Positions 7,882 through 19,663 of a DNA stretch of 55,648 bases are shown here, piece after piece. Source of the stretch: Cycloclasticus sp. (GTDB taxonomy: Bacteria; Pseudomonadota; Gammaproteobacteria; Methylococcales; Cycloclasticaceae); the NCBI GenBank assembly GCA_033791505.1, contig JASJGO010000199.1, forward strand, positions 1 to 55,648, read 5' to 3'. The notes under the pieces are model-generated. The model was not told the origin of the DNA and ran no database searches. It saw only the letters and a program-made list of their open reading frames with translations. Numbering within the stretch: the first letter of the stretch is position 1; each line of letters begins with the position of its first letter. The position numbers and the translations under genes were made by a program.

Positions 7882-9594
7882 ATGGCAACACCGATAGAGA
7901 AAAAATATTTAAGTGGTCTTGCAAGACGGCTTGTTTTGGAGGGTTTGCTGACTGAAGAGTCTGCGTATAAGCATTTCGAGAGCGCCCGCACAAAGAAAAA
8001 GCCATTTGTTACCTTTCTGGTATCACAAAAGATTTTAGACAGCCAAACCATCGCAGTCGCCGCCTCAGAAGAATTCGGCATGCCACTTTTGGATATTAAT
8101 GCCCTAAATCACGAAACGATTCCTAGAGGCGTAGTTGACGAAAAGCTTATTCGTAAACACCACGCCCTGCCTATTTTCAAACGCGCAAACAAATTATTCG
8201 TTGCCGTTTCTGATCCAACAAACCTCCAAGCACTGGATGAAATAAAATTCCAGACACGGATGAGCACCGAAGCCATTCTGGTTGAAGAGGATAAGCTCAC
8301 CAGGGTGATTGAAATAGCCTTGGATGCTGAAGATTCGTCTATGAGTGATCTATTAGACGAAGATCTTGATAATATTGATTTCGAAGACGCTTCGGATAAC
8401 GCTCAGGAAGATGATAAAGACAGTGAAATTGATGACGCACCTGTCGTTCGTTTTGTTAATAAAATCTTACTGGACGCCATTAAAAAAGGCGCCTCTGATA
8501 TTCACTTTGAACCGTATGAAAAGAGCTTCCGAATACGTACTCGCCTAGATGGTATTCTTAAAGAAGTAGCGTCGCCCCCAATGAATATCGCAAACAAACT
8601 GACCTCACGTATTAAAGTCATGTCGCGAATGAATATTTCTGAGAGGCGAATACCTCAGGATGGACGTATCAAAATGGCGCTTTCTAAGAATAGAGCCATT
8701 GATTTTCGTGTGAACACCTGCCCCACCCTGTACGGGGAAAAGATCGTTTTACGTATTCTGGACCCCACCAGCGCGCAAGTTGGAATTGAGCAACTTGGCT
8801 TTGACCCAGAACAAAGAAAGAATTTCCTGAAAGCCATCGAAAAACCTTATGGCATGATTTTGGTCACGGGGCCGACGGGTAGTGGTAAAACGGTGAGCCT
8901 ATATACAGCACTTAATATCCTAAATGAGCCAGATATCAATATTTCAACCGCGGAAGACCCCGTCGAAATTACGGTAGCTGGTATTAATCAGGTTAACGTC
9001 AACCCAAAAACGGGCTTGACCTTTGCCGAAGCACTGCGGGCTTTTTTACGTCAAGACCCTGATATCATCATGGTAGGTGAGATTCGCGACCTAGAGACGG
9101 CGGAAATTGCTGTAAAAGCGGCGCAAACAGGCCACCTTGTACTATCAACCTTACACACCAATGACGCACCGCAAACACTGAACCGTTTAAATCAAATGGG
9201 TGTCCCTGCTTATAATATTGCATCTGCCGTATTACTGATCATGGCGCAACGCCTCGCTAGAAAGCTATGCGACAAATGCAAACAGGAAGAAGATTTGCCT
9301 GTTGAGCTTCTCGTTAAAGAAGGCTTTAGCGAAGACGATGCAAAAAAACTTAAAGCCTATAAAGCCGTAGGCTGTGATAGTTGCGTCGCCGGGTATAAAG
9401 GCCGGGTGGGTATTTTCCAGGTAATGCCTATATCTGAAGCCATGGAAAAACTGATTATTCTGGGTTGTTCTACGAAAGAACTAGAAGACCAGTCGGCTAA
9501 AGAAGGTATTTTGACACTACGACAGTCTGGTTTAGAGAAGATTAAGTCTGGTATAACGAGTATTGAAGAAATCAACCGAATCACTAAAGATTAA
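7882..9594 (+). CDS. pilB: Type IV pilus assembly ATPase
   Basis: GASDIHFEP, RIPQDGR, Walker A GPTGSGKT, EDPVE, LRQDPDIIMVGEIRD, TGHLVLSTLHTN, tetracysteine Zn site. Confidence 0.95.
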   Translation: MATPIEKKYLSGLARRLVLEGLLTEESAYKHFESARTKKKPFVTFLVSQKILDSQTIAVAASEEFGMPLLDINALNHETIPRGVVDEKLIRKHHALPIFKRANKLFVAVSDPTNLQALDEIKFQTRMSTEAILVEEDKLTRVIEIALDAEDSSMSDLLDEDLDNIDFEDASDNAQEDDKDSEIDDAPVVRFVNKILLDAIKKGASDIHFEPYEKSFRIRTRLDGILKEVASPPMNIANKLTSRIKVMSRMNISERRIPQDGRIKMALSKNRAIDFRVNTCPTLYGEKIVLRILDPTSAQVGIEQLGFDPEQRKNFLKAIEKPYGMILVTGPTGSGKTVSLYTALNILNEPDINISTAEDPVEITVAGINQVNVNPKTGLTFAEALRAFLRQDPDIIMVGEIRDLETAEIAVKAAQTGHLVLSTLHTNDAPQTLNRLNQMGVPAYNIASAVLLIMAQRLARKLCDKCKQEEDLPVELLVKEGFSEDDAKKLKAYKAVGCDSCVAGYKGRVGIFQVMPISEAMEKLIILGCSTKELEDQSAKEGILTLRQSGLEKIKSGITSIEEINRITKD

Positions 9595-9599
9595 ATATT

Positions 9600-10820
9600 A
9601 TGGCCGCTACTCCATCAAAAATTACATTTCTGTGGGAAGGAACCGACAGCAAGGGTAATCGCAACAAAGGCGAAATACACGCCCGCAGTGAAGCGGTAGT
9701 TAAATCCGAACTACGTCGCATTGGCATTCGCCCCATCAAAGTTAAGAAAAAAGCAAAACCATTGTTTGGTAGTTTTGGGCAAAAACCTATCGTACCCAAA
9801 GATATCGCCATCTTTAGTCGCCAATTAGCGACCATGATGGCGTCGGGCATTCCATTAGTTCAATCGTTCGATATTATTGGCAAGGGACACGAAAAACCCG
9901 CCATGCAAGATATGCTAGCCGCTATTAAAACTAATATCGAGGGTGGGGCAACGCTAACAGAAAGCCTGGCCAAGTTCCCTTTTCATTTTGATGATTTATT
10001 TTGTAATCTGGTCGAAGCCGGCGAACACGCTGGTATCCTTGAAGAACTACTGAATAAAATTGCTGAATACAAGGAAAAAACCGAGAGCTTAAAAGCCAAA
10101 ATCAAAAAAGCCCTCACCTATCCGATAGCGGTGCTGGTAATAGCTATTATCGTCACGGCCATTTTGCTTATTTTTGTAGTACCGCAATTCGAGAGCTTAT
10201 TTAGTGGTTTTGGCGCCGACCTTCCTGCCTTTACCCAAATGGTGGTTGAATTATCGCGTTTTATGCAGGAATCGTGGTGGCTTGTCTTTGGCATCATGGG
10301 TATCGCCGTATTCGCGTTAATGCAAATCAAAAAACGCTCACGAAAATTTAATCACTTTATCGATCGAGCGGTACTAAAATTACCTATTATCGGCGATATT
10401 ATGAATAAGGCGGCCATCGCCCGTTTTGCTCGAACGCTATCGACAATGTCTGCTGCCGGCGTTCCATTAGTGGAAGCATTACAGTCGGTTTCCGGCGCTA
10501 CCGGTAATATCGTCTATTCTGAAGCAGTACTTCAAATGAGAGAGCAAGTTGCGACGGGTATCCAGCTCCAGCAATCCATGAAAAATGTCGAATTATTCCC
10601 ACATATGGTGGTTCAAATGGTCGCCATTGGTGAAGAAGCGGGCTCCGTAGAAACGATGCTCGGCAAAGTCGCCGACTTTTATGAAGAAGAAGTCGATAAC
10701 GCGGTTGATTCGCTCGCCAGCCTCATCGAACCTCTTATCATGGCTATCTTAGGCGTACTAGTGGGTGGTTTAATTATCGCCATGTACCTACCGATCTTTA
10801 TGCTAGGCTCCGTATTTTAA
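9600..10820 (+). CDS. pilC: Type IV pilus inner membrane platform protein
   Basis: Two T2SSF domains (FSRQLATMMASGIPL; FARTLSTM..AGVPL), KIKKALTYP, IEP..AMYLPIF. Confidence 0.95.
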   Translation: MAATPSKITFLWEGTDSKGNRNKGEIHARSEAVVKSELRRIGIRPIKVKKKAKPLFGSFGQKPIVPKDIAIFSRQLATMMASGIPLVQSFDIIGKGHEKPAMQDMLAAIKTNIEGGATLTESLAKFPFHFDDLFCNLVEAGEHAGILEELLNKIAEYKEKTESLKAKIKKALTYPIAVLVIAIIVTAILLIFVVPQFESLFSGFGADLPAFTQMVVELSRFMQESWWLVFGIMGIAVFALMQIKKRSRKFNHFIDRAVLKLPIIGDIMNKAAIARFARTLSTMSAAGVPLVEALQSVSGATGNIVYSEAVLQMREQVATGIQLQQSMKNVELFPHMVVQMVAIGEEAGSVETMLGKVADFYEEEVDNAVDSLASLIEPLIMAILGVLVGGLIIAMYLPIFMLGSVF

Positions 10821-10850
10821 AGAAACTCCTGATCAACGACCGTTCGACCT

Positions 10851-11729
10851 ATGAGCCTTATACAATCGCTCGAACAGAGCGCAATATTTTTCTATTTGTC
10901 TGTTGCCATACTGGGATTAATTGTAGGTAGCTTCCTGAACGTAGTTGTATACCGACTACCTATAATGTTGCAAAGAAGCTGGCGAAACGACTGCCTGAAT
11001 TTTCTTGAACAAGAAAATTCAACTCCTGAAACATTTAATCTATCCACGCCTCGTTCACGCTGCCCTTCTTGTCAGCACCCAATTAGCGCAATCGACAATA
11101 TACCGATCCTGAGTTACCTTTTTTTAAAAGGGCGGTGTAGGAATTGTTTATCGCCTATCTCAATCAGATACCCAGTCGTTGAGTTTGTTACCAGCGTACT
11201 ATCTATTATGATCGCAGTTCAATTTGGCGTCACTTTTCAAGCGGGCGTCGCCTTAATTTTTACCTGGTTATTAATTTGCTTAACCTTGATCGATTTTGAC
11301 ACGCAACTACTGCCCGATTCAATCACCCTTCCCTTACTTTGGTTTGCTCTGTTTATCAGCCTTTTTAATATTTTTGTCGACCCAACGACCGCCATAATTG
11401 GCGCCTTGGCGGGTTACCTTAGTCTATGGTCAGTATTCTGGTTATTTAAACTCGCTACTGGCAAGGAAGGCATGGGTTACGGCGATTTCAAGTTGCTCGC
11501 CGCCATCGGCGCGCTTCTAGGTTGGCAAATGTTACCCCTCGTGGTCATGTTATCTGCATTTGCTGGTGCCGTAATCGGATTAACGATGATGGTATGTAAG
11601 GGGCTTGATAAAAACAGCCCTATCCCATACGGTCCTTACCTGTCAGTTGCGGCTTTTATTGCCTTGCTATGGGGCGATAAAATTAATTCGATGTATATCA
11701 GTTTGTTGGGCTGTAATCCACCGTGTTAA
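10851..11729 (+). CDS. pilD: Prepilin peptidase / N-methyltransferase
   Basis: GSFLNVVVYRLP, CPSC..CRNC, IDFDTQLLPD, GMGYGDFKL. Confidence 0.95.
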   Translation: MSLIQSLEQSAIFFYLSVAILGLIVGSFLNVVVYRLPIMLQRSWRNDCLNFLEQENSTPETFNLSTPRSRCPSCQHPISAIDNIPILSYLFLKGRCRNCLSPISIRYPVVEFVTSVLSIMIAVQFGVTFQAGVALIFTWLLICLTLIDFDTQLLPDSITLPLLWFALFISLFNIFVDPTTAIIGALAGYLSLWSVFWLFKLATGKEGMGYGDFKLLAAIGALLGWQMLPLVVMLSAFAGAVIGLTMMVCKGLDKNSPIPYGPYLSVAAFIALLWGDKINSMYISLLGCNPPC

Positions 11730-12352
11730 CCATTGGATTAACGGGTGGTATTGGTTGCGGTAAATCTACCGTAACCGATTTATTTAAAAAAAATCACGTC
11801 CCCATCATAGACGCCGACGAAATAGCTCACGCAGTCGTTCAACCTTATCAACCTGCCCTTATTCTTCTAAAGCAAATCTTCGGAGAACAGATCATCACTT
11901 CAGACGGCACACTCGATAGACGCCGGTTGCGCGAACTTGTGTTCAACGACCCTGTTGAGAAAAAAAAGCTGGAAAATATTTTACACCCCATAATTTATAA
12001 AACCATGCGAGATCAATTAAAGAATTTTGATTTCCCATACGGAATTCTAAGCATTCCATTGTTACTAGAAACCAATCATCAAGATAATGTAGACAGAGTG
12101 TTAGTTATTGACTGCCCTGAAACCACCCAAATTGAGCGCGTAAAGACTCGGGATGGTTTCGACGATAAAATGATCGGCTCTATCATGAAAACACAGTGTT
12201 CCCGTTCATTCCGGCTGCAACACGCAGACGATGTTTTGAATAATAATACAACGCTGAAAACACTAGGAAAACGAGTGCAAAAACTGCATGATTTTTACAT
12301 GCAAATGAGCGCTGGCAAAAACAGCTCATATCCTGCAAAATACACCATTTAA
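11723..12352 (+). CDS. coaE: Dephospho-CoA kinase
   Basis: IGLTGGIGCGKST, IDAD, LDR..LR..VF, LE.ILHP; GTG start; usual position after pilD. Confidence 0.95.
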   Translation: MLTIGLTGGIGCGKSTVTDLFKKNHVPIIDADEIAHAVVQPYQPALILLKQIFGEQIITSDGTLDRRRLRELVFNDPVEKKKLENILHPIIYKTMRDQLKNFDFPYGILSIPLLLETNHQDNVDRVLVIDCPETTQIERVKTRDGFDDKMIGSIMKTQCSRSFRLQHADDVLNNNTTLKTLGKRVQKLHDFYMQMSAGKNSSYPAKYTI

Positions 12353-12369
12353 CGCAATACTTTTAGGCC

Positions 12370-13137
12370 GTGTCAGAAACAATAACCTACGAATTGCCGT
12401 TAAGTGAACGTATCCGTACCTTTATAAGGCTGGAGCATTTATTTGAGCAAATGCAGCATTTCTCGCTTCACGATGACGAGCACCACAACAGGGCCGAATT
12501 AAATAGCCTACTCGAAATTCTTGTTATTGTTGGCAGGAGTGATCTTAAAAATGAAATCACCAAAGAAATTGAGCGGCATACGAAAAGCTTAGTTCTTTTT
12601 TCTCAAAACCCTCACGTTGATGGCACTAAACTTCAGCAAAGTATTGATCAACTAAACCAGCTAAGCCTTGATATATTATCTTCTAATGGCAGAGCTGACC
12701 AAAAAATAGGGCAGATTGAGCTATTAAAGTGCCTGGCACAGCGTAACAGCATCCCTGGCGGCGCTTACGATTTTGATCTACCTGTCTATCACTTTTGGCT
12801 TAACAGGCCACTGCAACAACGGCGAGAACAAATTAAAAGCTGGTGCAAAAACCTTATTCCTATCCAGCAATCTATAAATTTATTATTACAGTTTATACGA
12901 ACTAGCACGACGCCCATGACTAAAACAGCCTGCGCAGGATTTTATCAGCAGAATTTAGATGCTAACCACGCCTCCCAGTTATTACGAGTTACTTTTCCGA
13001 TGGACAAAGATTATTACGCTGAAATAAGCGGCGGCAAGCATCGATTCACCGTTCGTTTTATGCAGCCTAATGAATCGGAAAGATCCAGCCAGGTAACTGA
13101 GGATGTAAACTTTACCCTACATATTTGCCAACTTTAA
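12370..13137 (+). CDS. zapD: Cell division protein ZapD
   Basis: [43 protein letters not shown]; synteny coaE-zapD-yacG. Confidence 0.9.
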   Translation: MSETITYELPLSERIRTFIRLEHLFEQMQHFSLHDDEHHNRAELNSLLEILVIVGRSDLKNEITKEIERHTKSLVLFSQNPHVDGTKLQQSIDQLNQLSLDILSSNGRADQKIGQIELLKCLAQRNSIPGGAYDFDLPVYHFWLNRPLQQRREQIKSWCKNLIPIQQSINLLLQFIRTSTTPMTKTACAGFYQQNLDANHASQLLRVTFPMDKDYYAEISGGKHRFTVRFMQPNESERSSQVTEDVNFTLHICQL

Positions 13138-13141
13138 TACG

Positions 13142-13327
13142 ATGAGTACATCTGTAAATTGCCCCGTTTGTGAAAAAAAAGTCGTCTGGGAGCCAGACTC
13201 AATATACAGACCTTTTTGTAGTGAGCGCTGCAAAATGATAGATCTCGGCGACTGGGCCTCAGATCAACACGCAATTGCCGGCGAAGACGTCTACTTACCA
13301 GATGAAGACCAGCCTTTACAACATTAG
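13142..13327 (+). CDS. yacG: DNA gyrase inhibitor YacG
   Basis: CPVC...[17 protein letters not shown]. Confidence 0.93.
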   Translation: MSTSVNCPVCEKKVVWEPDSIYRPFCSERCKMIDLGDWASDQHAIAGEDVYLPDEDQPLQH

Positions 13328-13337
13328 GCTAACAGCG

Positions 13338-14261
13338 CTAAAAAGCGCGGATACCTGAAATCCCTTGAGCACCGTTTAACAAAGCCAATTTAATATCCTC
13401 TGGACCCACTCCACCCAGGGCATAAACAGGAATCGCTGACAGGCCAGCTAATTTAGCTAAACCGCCCCAACCCAAGGGCTTCTTGTCTGGATGACTTTTG
13501 GTTTCGCAAACAGGCGATAGTAATGCAAATAAAGCCCCCATATCATGAGCTCTTTCTAACTCTTTAAGCGTATGGCACGACACGGCTAGCTGAATACTGT
13601 CAGGTACTTGCTGGCATGGAGTATTTAGATGATGCGCGCTTAAATGAACGCCCTGAGCGTTCAATTCAATCGCTAAATCAATATCTGTATTTAGAAATAA
13701 ACGCACGCCTGTTTTCTCACACAGTTGCATCGCCCGTTTTGCCAGAAACGTATAATCTTCAACATTCAAAGAATGTGCTCGCCATTGAATCATCGTATAG
13801 CCACGAGCAATTAAATCATCTAAATGCGCCAACATCGTCGAAGAATCACCAAGGCTATCGTCTACGATAGGGTAAAAGTGAGGCAAGTTAAGGGTATCAA
13901 TAATCCTTTTGTTGGCGGCGGGAAAAGAATAATTTTTTAATTCAGTAACGGTAACCCATTTGAGGGCTTGATTTTCCATTCCCTGAGCGTCGCCCTGGAA
14001 ATCATCCACTGTATACACGTCGAGGTGAACAGGTAGATCTTCATACTGGTGATGTATTTCAACCAGTGGTTTGGCAGATGAAATTGATATATTCAGCTCT
14101 TCAAAAAGCTCTCTTTTCAAGGCCTCATAGCCGCTTTCTTCTGGCTCCAGTTTGCCACCAGGAAACTCCCATAAACCACCTTGATGGACGTGAGTATGCC
14201 TTTTACTGATAAGAACTTCACCCAACTGGTTTGTAATAACACCTACTGCGACCTTTAGCAT
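13338..14261 (-). CDS. Nudix (MutT-like) hydrolase fused to a thiamine-phosphate-synthase-like barrel
   Basis: WEFPGGKLE..E....ALKRELFEEL Nudix box, FPAAN, then GVHL, SCH, LSPV..TKSHP, PVYALGG; downstream of secA-argJ. Confidence 0.88.
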   Translation of the reverse strand: MLKVAVGVITNQLGEVLISKRHTHVHQGGLWEFPGGKLEPEESGYEALKRELFEELNISISSAKPLVEIHHQYEDLPVHLDVYTVDDFQGDAQGMENQALKWVTVTELKNYSFPAANKRIIDTLNLPHFYPIVDDSLGDSSTMLAHLDDLIARGYTMIQWRAHSLNVEDYTFLAKRAMQLCEKTGVRLFLNTDIDLAIELNAQGVHLSAHHLNTPCQQVPDSIQLAVSCHTLKELERAHDMGALFALLSPVCETKSHPDKKPLGWGGLAKLAGLSAIPVYALGGVGPEDIKLALLNGAQGISGIRAF

Positions 14262-14294
14262 GCTAGACGATCGACTTAAGTCATCAATAAGTGG

Positions 14295-15518
14295 TTATGA
14301 GCGATATTCGGCATTTATTTTGACGTAGTCGTACGATAAATCGCAGGTCAATATAACGGCTGAACAATCACCCTGTGCCAGACAAATACGCACAAGAATT
14401 TCATCTTGCTTCATAGCCCTTTGCCCCTTATCTTCAGTGTAATCCAGGGCTCGTTTACCCGCCTTTACAATACAGATATCATTCAGGTAAATAGAAATCT
14501 CATTGGTATTGATGTATTCAATTTTAGCGCGCCCTACCGCCGCTAAAATTCGCCCCCAGTTAGGGTCAGCAGCAAAAAAAGCGGTTTTTACTAAGGGTGA
14601 ATGCGCAACCGTATAGGCCACTTCTCTCGCATCTTCCACACTACCGGCTTGATCAACTCGCACTTTAATTAGTTTAGTTGCGCCCTCACCGTCTCTGACA
14701 ATGGCTTCGGATAAATATTGGCATACATCTATTAATACCGTTAAAAACTCTGCGTAGCGTGGGTCTTGCTCGGAATCTATACATGCTATATCAACGGCGG
14801 CTGTGGCCATTAAAACGGCTGCATCATTCGTTGATGTATCACCATCCACCGTAATGCTGTTAAAAGACAGATCAACCGCAGTTTTCAGCATCGTCTGCAG
14901 TACGGACTTACTGATGGGCATATCTGTTGCGATATAGGACAACATTGTTGCCATATCCGGTTTGATCATGCCCGAGCCTTTTGCAATTCCCGTTATCGTT
15001 ATTTTTTCACCATCCAGCACTAGTGTTTGACTACAGCCTTTTTCACAGGTGTCTGTCGTCATAATGCCTTTTGCCGCCTTTGACCAATTGCCCTCAGCAA
15101 GGGAATTGAAAGCCGCTGGCAAACCACTCAGTAGTTTATTAACCGGCAATGCTTCGCCAATAACACCTGTCGAAAAGGGTATCACCTGGGTCGCATCGGT
15201 AGATTCAGATAAAATGGCCAGTCCTTCACAACACTGTTTTGCCGACAACAGACCTAAGTCGCCCAGACCAGCGTTTGCATTTCCTGAGTTAATTAAAAGG
15301 TATTTTGGGCTTGCTTCAGCCAGGTGTTTTTTTGCCAGCGTAACCGGTGCGGCACAAAATTTATTATTAGTGAACACCGCGGCTAGTTGGGTGCTTTTGC
15401 TCAATTCGAACAACACAATATCGTCACGTACGGTTTGGCGTATTCCCGCCTTCGATGAACCGATTCTAATGCCAGAAATAGCGTCTAAATTCACCGTCGT
15501 CCAATTTCCAACAGACAT
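14295..15518 (-). CDS. argJ: Ornithine acetyltransferase / N-acetylglutamate synthase ArgJ
   Basis: NSGNANA, STGVIG, IMTTDT, KGSGMIKPDMATML (autocleavage Thr), DGDTSTND, DGEGATK, PNWGRI, YVKINAEYRS. Confidence 0.96.
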   Translation of the reverse strand: MSVGNWTTVNLDAISGIRIGSSKAGIRQTVRDDIVLFELSKSTQLAAVFTNNKFCAAPVTLAKKHLAEASPKYLLINSGNANAGLGDLGLLSAKQCCEGLAILSESTDATQVIPFSTGVIGEALPVNKLLSGLPAAFNSLAEGNWSKAAKGIMTTDTCEKGCSQTLVLDGEKITITGIAKGSGMIKPDMATMLSYIATDMPISKSVLQTMLKTAVDLSFNSITVDGDTSTNDAAVLMATAAVDIACIDSEQDPRYAEFLTVLIDVCQYLSEAIVRDGEGATKLIKVRVDQAGSVEDAREVAYTVAHSPLVKTAFFAADPNWGRILAAVGRAKIEYINTNEISIYLNDICIVKAGKRALDYTEDKGQRAMKQDEILVRICLAQGDCSAVILTCDLSYDYVKINAEYRS

Positions 15519-15540
15519 GTCTTATTTCTCCTGCAATAAG

Positions 15541-18186
15541 CTAAAGCTTACCGTGACATTGTTTGAATTTCTTGCCAGAACCACAAGGACAAGGGTCATT
15601 GCGGCCTATTTTTTTATCTGGGCGCTTGAATGGCTGGTCTTTATCCTGCTGTGATTCACCATCTAGTGCATTCATATCCGCGTGTTTGAATTCCATTTTT
15701 TGCTGCTGACGACGTTGCTCATCGATCGCCTGCACGTCCTCTTCAGCGCGCACCTGAACCTTGGTGACCACCATCACGACTTCTCGCTTTAATGCGTCCA
15801 ACATGTCCGTAAACATTTCAAACGCTTCGCGTTTAAACTCCTGTTTTGGGTCCTTTTGTGCGTAACCACGCAGGTGAATTCCCTGCCTTAAATGGTCCAT
15901 TCCACCCAGATGGTCTCGCCATAACGAATCGAGCGTTTGTAACATGACGGATTTTTCAAAATGCCGAAGCACCTCTGCACCCGCTAAAATCTCTTTCTTA
16001 GCGTAGTCATCGGCGATGCTTTGTAAAATTAATTCCCGCAGATTATCTTCGTGCAAACTACTGTCTTCATCCAGCAATTTTTTGATCGGCAATTTGCAAT
16101 TAAATTCATCTTCTAATGCCGCTTGCAATCCTTCTAAATCCCACTGGTCATCCATAGATTGCGGAAGAATATATTGTGCAATCAGTTGATTAACTACGTC
16201 CTGTCGAATTGAAACGATGGTATCAGCTATATTAACAGCTTCCATAATTTCATTTCTTTGCTCATAAATGACTTTACGCTGGTCATTGGCTACATCGTCG
16301 TATTGCAATAACTGCTTACGGATATCGAAATTATGCCCTTCAACCTTTCGTTGCGCGTTTTCAATCGCCTTGCTGACCCAGGGGTGCTCAATCGACTCAC
16401 CTTTTTCTAAACCTAGCTTTTGCATCAGGCCTGAGACTCGTTCAGAGGCGAAAATTCGCATCAGGCTATCTTCCAGCGATAGGTAGAAACGGCTGGCACC
16501 CGGGTCTCCTTGTCGGCCTGAACGACCTCTAAGCTGGTTGTCGATACGCCTTGATTCATGACGTTCAGTACCGATAACGCGTAATCCACCAGCGTCAATC
16601 ACCGCTTGATGGTGTTGCTGCCAGTCGGCTGACGCCTGTTCGCCATCATTTTTACCACCTAATACAATATCTGTTCCCCGACCAGCCATATTTGTCGCAA
16701 TGGTGACTGCGCCTAAAGCACCCGCATTAGCGATAATCTGTGCTTCTCTCTCGTGCTGTTTGGCATTGAGTACTTCGTGAGGAATATTCTTTTTCTTTAA
16801 ACTTTCTGATATGAACTCAGATACTTCTATTGACGTTGTGCCCACCAACGCGGGTTGTTTACGCTTATAACAATCTTCAATATCTGTAACTACCGCTTCA
16901 TATTTTTCTTTCGCTGTCAGGTACACCAGATCGCCTGCATCAATTCGACACATGTTTCGGTGCGTAGGAATAACGATCACTTCTAAACCATAAATTTGCT
17001 GAAATTCAAACGCTTCTGTATCCGCCGTTCCCGTCATACCTGACAGTTTGTCGTACATTCTGAAATAATTCTGGAATGTTATCGACGCCATGGTTTGATT
17101 TTCGCTCTGGATCTTGACATTTTCTTTCGCTTCAATGGCCTGGTGCAACCCTTCACCCCATCGACGACCAGGCATGGTGCGACCGGTAAATTCATCAACA
17201 ATAACGACTTGTGAGTTTTGAACGATATAGTCCACATCTTTTTGATACAGCGAACGAGCGCGTAATGCAGCATATACGTGGTGCATTAAACCAATATTGC
17301 TTGCGTCATATAAGCTTTCATACTCACTCAATAATCCGCTGTCTGTGAGCAGTTTTTCGATTTTTTCATGACCTAATTCATTCAGGTAAACCTGTTTTGA
17401 TTTTTCATCGACGGTATAGTCACCTTCTCCCGATTCAAGCTCTGGCGTTAAGTTTTCAACCAGTTTGTTCAGTATGACGTATAGCCCACTCTTATCGTCT
17501 GTTGGCCCAGAGATAATGAGCGGGGTTCTGGCTTCGTCAATAAGAATAGAGTCGACCTCGTCAATAATCGCATAATAGAGGCCACGCTGAACTTTATCTT
17601 CAACGCTAAAGGCCATATTATCCCGCAGATAATCAAAACCAAACTCATTATTAGTGCCGTAAGTTATATCGGCAGCATAAGCTTCTCGGCGCTGATCAGG
17701 GCTCATTGAGTTGGTAATAACGCCCGTAGTCATGCCAAGGAAAGAAAATAATTTCCCCATCCATTGAGAGTCGCGCTCAGCCAGGTAATCATTCACCGTA
17801 ATCAGATGAACGCCTTTAGATGGCAGCGCATTCAAATAAGCCGCTAGCGTAGCAACAAGTGTTTTACCTTCACCCGTTTTCATCTCAGCGATTCGCCCAT
17901 CATTGAGCACCATGCCACCGATCAGCTGTACGTCAAAATGGCGCATAGCAAGGGATCGAACGCCCGCTTCTCTAACCACCGCGAAAGCTTCTGGTATAAG
18001 AGCCTCAAGCGTTTCGCCAGCAGTTAGTCTGGCTCTAAATTCTGACGTTTTGGATTTTAATGACACATCGTCTAAAGATTGCATGGCTTTTTCCAGCTCA
18101 TTTATTCTTTTTACGATTTTTTGCTTCGTCTTAACGAGCCTGTCGTTTCTGCTGCCAAAAACTTTTTTTACGATATTTGAGATCAT
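15541..18186 (-). CDS. secA: Protein translocase ATPase SecA
   Basis: [51 protein letters not shown] tail [18 protein letters not shown]. Confidence 0.98.
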   Translation of the reverse strand: MISNIVKKVFGSRNDRLVKTKQKIVKRINELEKAMQSLDDVSLKSKTSEFRARLTAGETLEALIPEAFAVVREAGVRSLAMRHFDVQLIGGMVLNDGRIAEMKTGEGKTLVATLAAYLNALPSKGVHLITVNDYLAERDSQWMGKLFSFLGMTTGVITNSMSPDQRREAYAADITYGTNNEFGFDYLRDNMAFSVEDKVQRGLYYAIIDEVDSILIDEARTPLIISGPTDDKSGLYVILNKLVENLTPELESGEGDYTVDEKSKQVYLNELGHEKIEKLLTDSGLLSEYESLYDASNIGLMHHVYAALRARSLYQKDVDYIVQNSQVVIVDEFTGRTMPGRRWGEGLHQAIEAKENVKIQSENQTMASITFQNYFRMYDKLSGMTGTADTEAFEFQQIYGLEVIVIPTHRNMCRIDAGDLVYLTAKEKYEAVVTDIEDCYKRKQPALVGTTSIEVSEFISESLKKKNIPHEVLNAKQHEREAQIIANAGALGAVTIATNMAGRGTDIVLGGKNDGEQASADWQQHHQAVIDAGGLRVIGTERHESRRIDNQLRGRSGRQGDPGASRFYLSLEDSLMRIFASERVSGLMQKLGLEKGESIEHPWVSKAIENAQRKVEGHNFDIRKQLLQYDDVANDQRKVIYEQRNEIMEAVNIADTIVSIRQDVVNQLIAQYILPQSMDDQWDLEGLQAALEDEFNCKLPIKKLLDEDSSLHEDNLRELILQSIADDYAKKEILAGAEVLRHFEKSVMLQTLDSLWRDHLGGMDHLRQGIHLRGYAQKDPKQEFKREAFEMFTDMLDALKREVVMVVTKVQVRAEEDVQAIDEQRRQQQKMEFKHADMNALDGESQQDKDQPFKRPDKKIGRNDPCPCGSGKKFKQCHGKL

Positions 18187-18273
18187 TGATGGTAAGTTTT
18201 AATCTAAAACGAAAGGCAGAATGATACCTTAAAAGGCACTAAAACTGGAACTTGAAAGCGATAATTAAATGAA

Positions 18274-19179
18274 TTAACGTGAGCTATATAAGTATTTACG
18301 CGGATTAACATCTCTGCCATTGAGAAGTACTTCAAAATGCACATGAGGACCGGTGGAACGACCCGTTGAACCCATCTCAGCGATCACATCATTTTGTTTA
18401 ACGATATCACCGGTTTTTACTAATATTTTTTTATTATGACCGTACCGAGTCAGGTAACCGAGGCCATGATCTATTTCAATTAAATAGCCATATCCGTTTT
18501 TTTCGCCTGCCCAGGATACTATGCCTGATGCAGCTGCTAGCACGTTTGTACCTGTTTTACCCGCTATATCCACACCATGGTGGAAAGATTTTTTACCCGT
18601 AAATGGGTCGGCGCGATAGCCGTAATTTGACGATAACCAGCCTTTCTCAACCGGTAATCCAGCTGGTAGAACTTCTTTTGAAAGGCGTTTGTTAGCTGAG
18701 AAGTAACCAAGTAATTCAAACTGTTTTTCACGCAGTGAAAATAGCTCATCTAGCGATTGAATGTCTTCTAATAACTGACTTTCAGTAAAGCTATTCGTCG
18801 GCGCCAAGGTTTCCGCACCACCTGTAGCAGGCTGTTGATCAAAGTCAAATTCAAGTGAATTCAATTTGGCTTTTTTTGCAAGGTGATTTCCAACTGCGTT
18901 TAATCTCATCAATTGAGCCTGCATCTGCCCAACGCGCAAAGCTATACTATCAAGGGTGTTACGCGTTTTCTCGCGCATTCTTTCTAATTCTACTCGCTGT
19001 ACAGTTAACTCATTTACAAGGTAATCCGTTTCTGTCGCTTTGCTCTGCCCATTAAAAAGTAAAAAACTCCCTGTTAACGTGAGTACAAAACCACATGCGA
19101 TTGCGATCATTATGTTTGACTGGCTAATAGAAAAACCGAGTGTTTTCCTTTTGCCGTTTGTTAGTAGTATTATCTGCAT
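18274..19179 (-). CDS. M23 family metallopeptidase (TM, coiled coil, M23 domain)
   Basis: HHGVD (HxxxD), YGH, GSTGRSTGPHVHFEV; usual position upstream of secA in non-enteric gammaproteobacteria. Confidence 0.9.
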   Translation of the reverse strand: MQIILLTNGKRKTLGFSISQSNIMIAIACGFVLTLTGSFLLFNGQSKATETDYLVNELTVQRVELERMREKTRNTLDSIALRVGQMQAQLMRLNAVGNHLAKKAKLNSLEFDFDQQPATGGAETLAPTNSFTESQLLEDIQSLDELFSLREKQFELLGYFSANKRLSKEVLPAGLPVEKGWLSSNYGYRADPFTGKKSFHHGVDIAGKTGTNVLAAASGIVSWAGEKNGYGYLIEIDHGLGYLTRYGHNKKILVKTGDIVKQNDVIAEMGSTGRSTGPHVHFEVLLNGRDVNPRKYLYSSR

Positions 19180-19219
19180 TTGTTTTAATTAATCCCTAAC
19201 GCCGATTTTATTTATTTTA

Positions 19220-19663
19220 ATGCTCAAACAACCCTTTAAAAATAACCACTCGTCACTTCAAGTGTTACAACAAACCCAGCAAAATCTGGCTCGCCAACGT
19301 CAGTTATTGCAGGCCGTTCAGACTAGTTTACCTGATAATTTAGCGTTGCACTGTTTATACGCCGTGGCTAAAAAAAACAGCGTCACCGTATTTACCGATT
19401 CATCTGTCTGGGCATCAAAAATACTTTATATGCGCCGAACCATTTTAGACGCCCTCAGCAAACAAATCTGTGACCAGCCCATTACTTTAAACGTTAAAGT
19501 AATGACACAACAAGCTCCAGCTCGTCAACATAGACCCAAATCACCCTCACACAAAACGCTTCAGATACTTTCTGATGCTAATACCCTTAAACCGAAAGAC
19601 AGCCTTAATGAGTCACTAATTAATCTCTTTAACACCTTAAAGAAAAACAAGTTAACCGATTAG
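19220..19663 (+). CDS. dciA: DUF721 / DciA-family helicase loader
   Basis: [17 protein letters not shown]; divergent gene between lpxC and M23/secA is the usual DUF721 position. Confidence 0.75.
   Translation: MLKQPFKNNHSSLQVLQQTQQNLARQRQLLQAVQTSLPDNLALHCLYAVAKKNSVTVFTDSSVWASKILYMRRTILDALSKQICDQPITLNVKVMTQQAPARQHRPKSPSHKTLQILSDANTLKPKDSLNESLINLFNTLKKNKLTD

Noticed and set aside
13338-14261. MutT-ThiE fusion as a novelty
   Set aside because: This architecture is common after secA-argJ in non-enteric gamma- and betaproteobacteria
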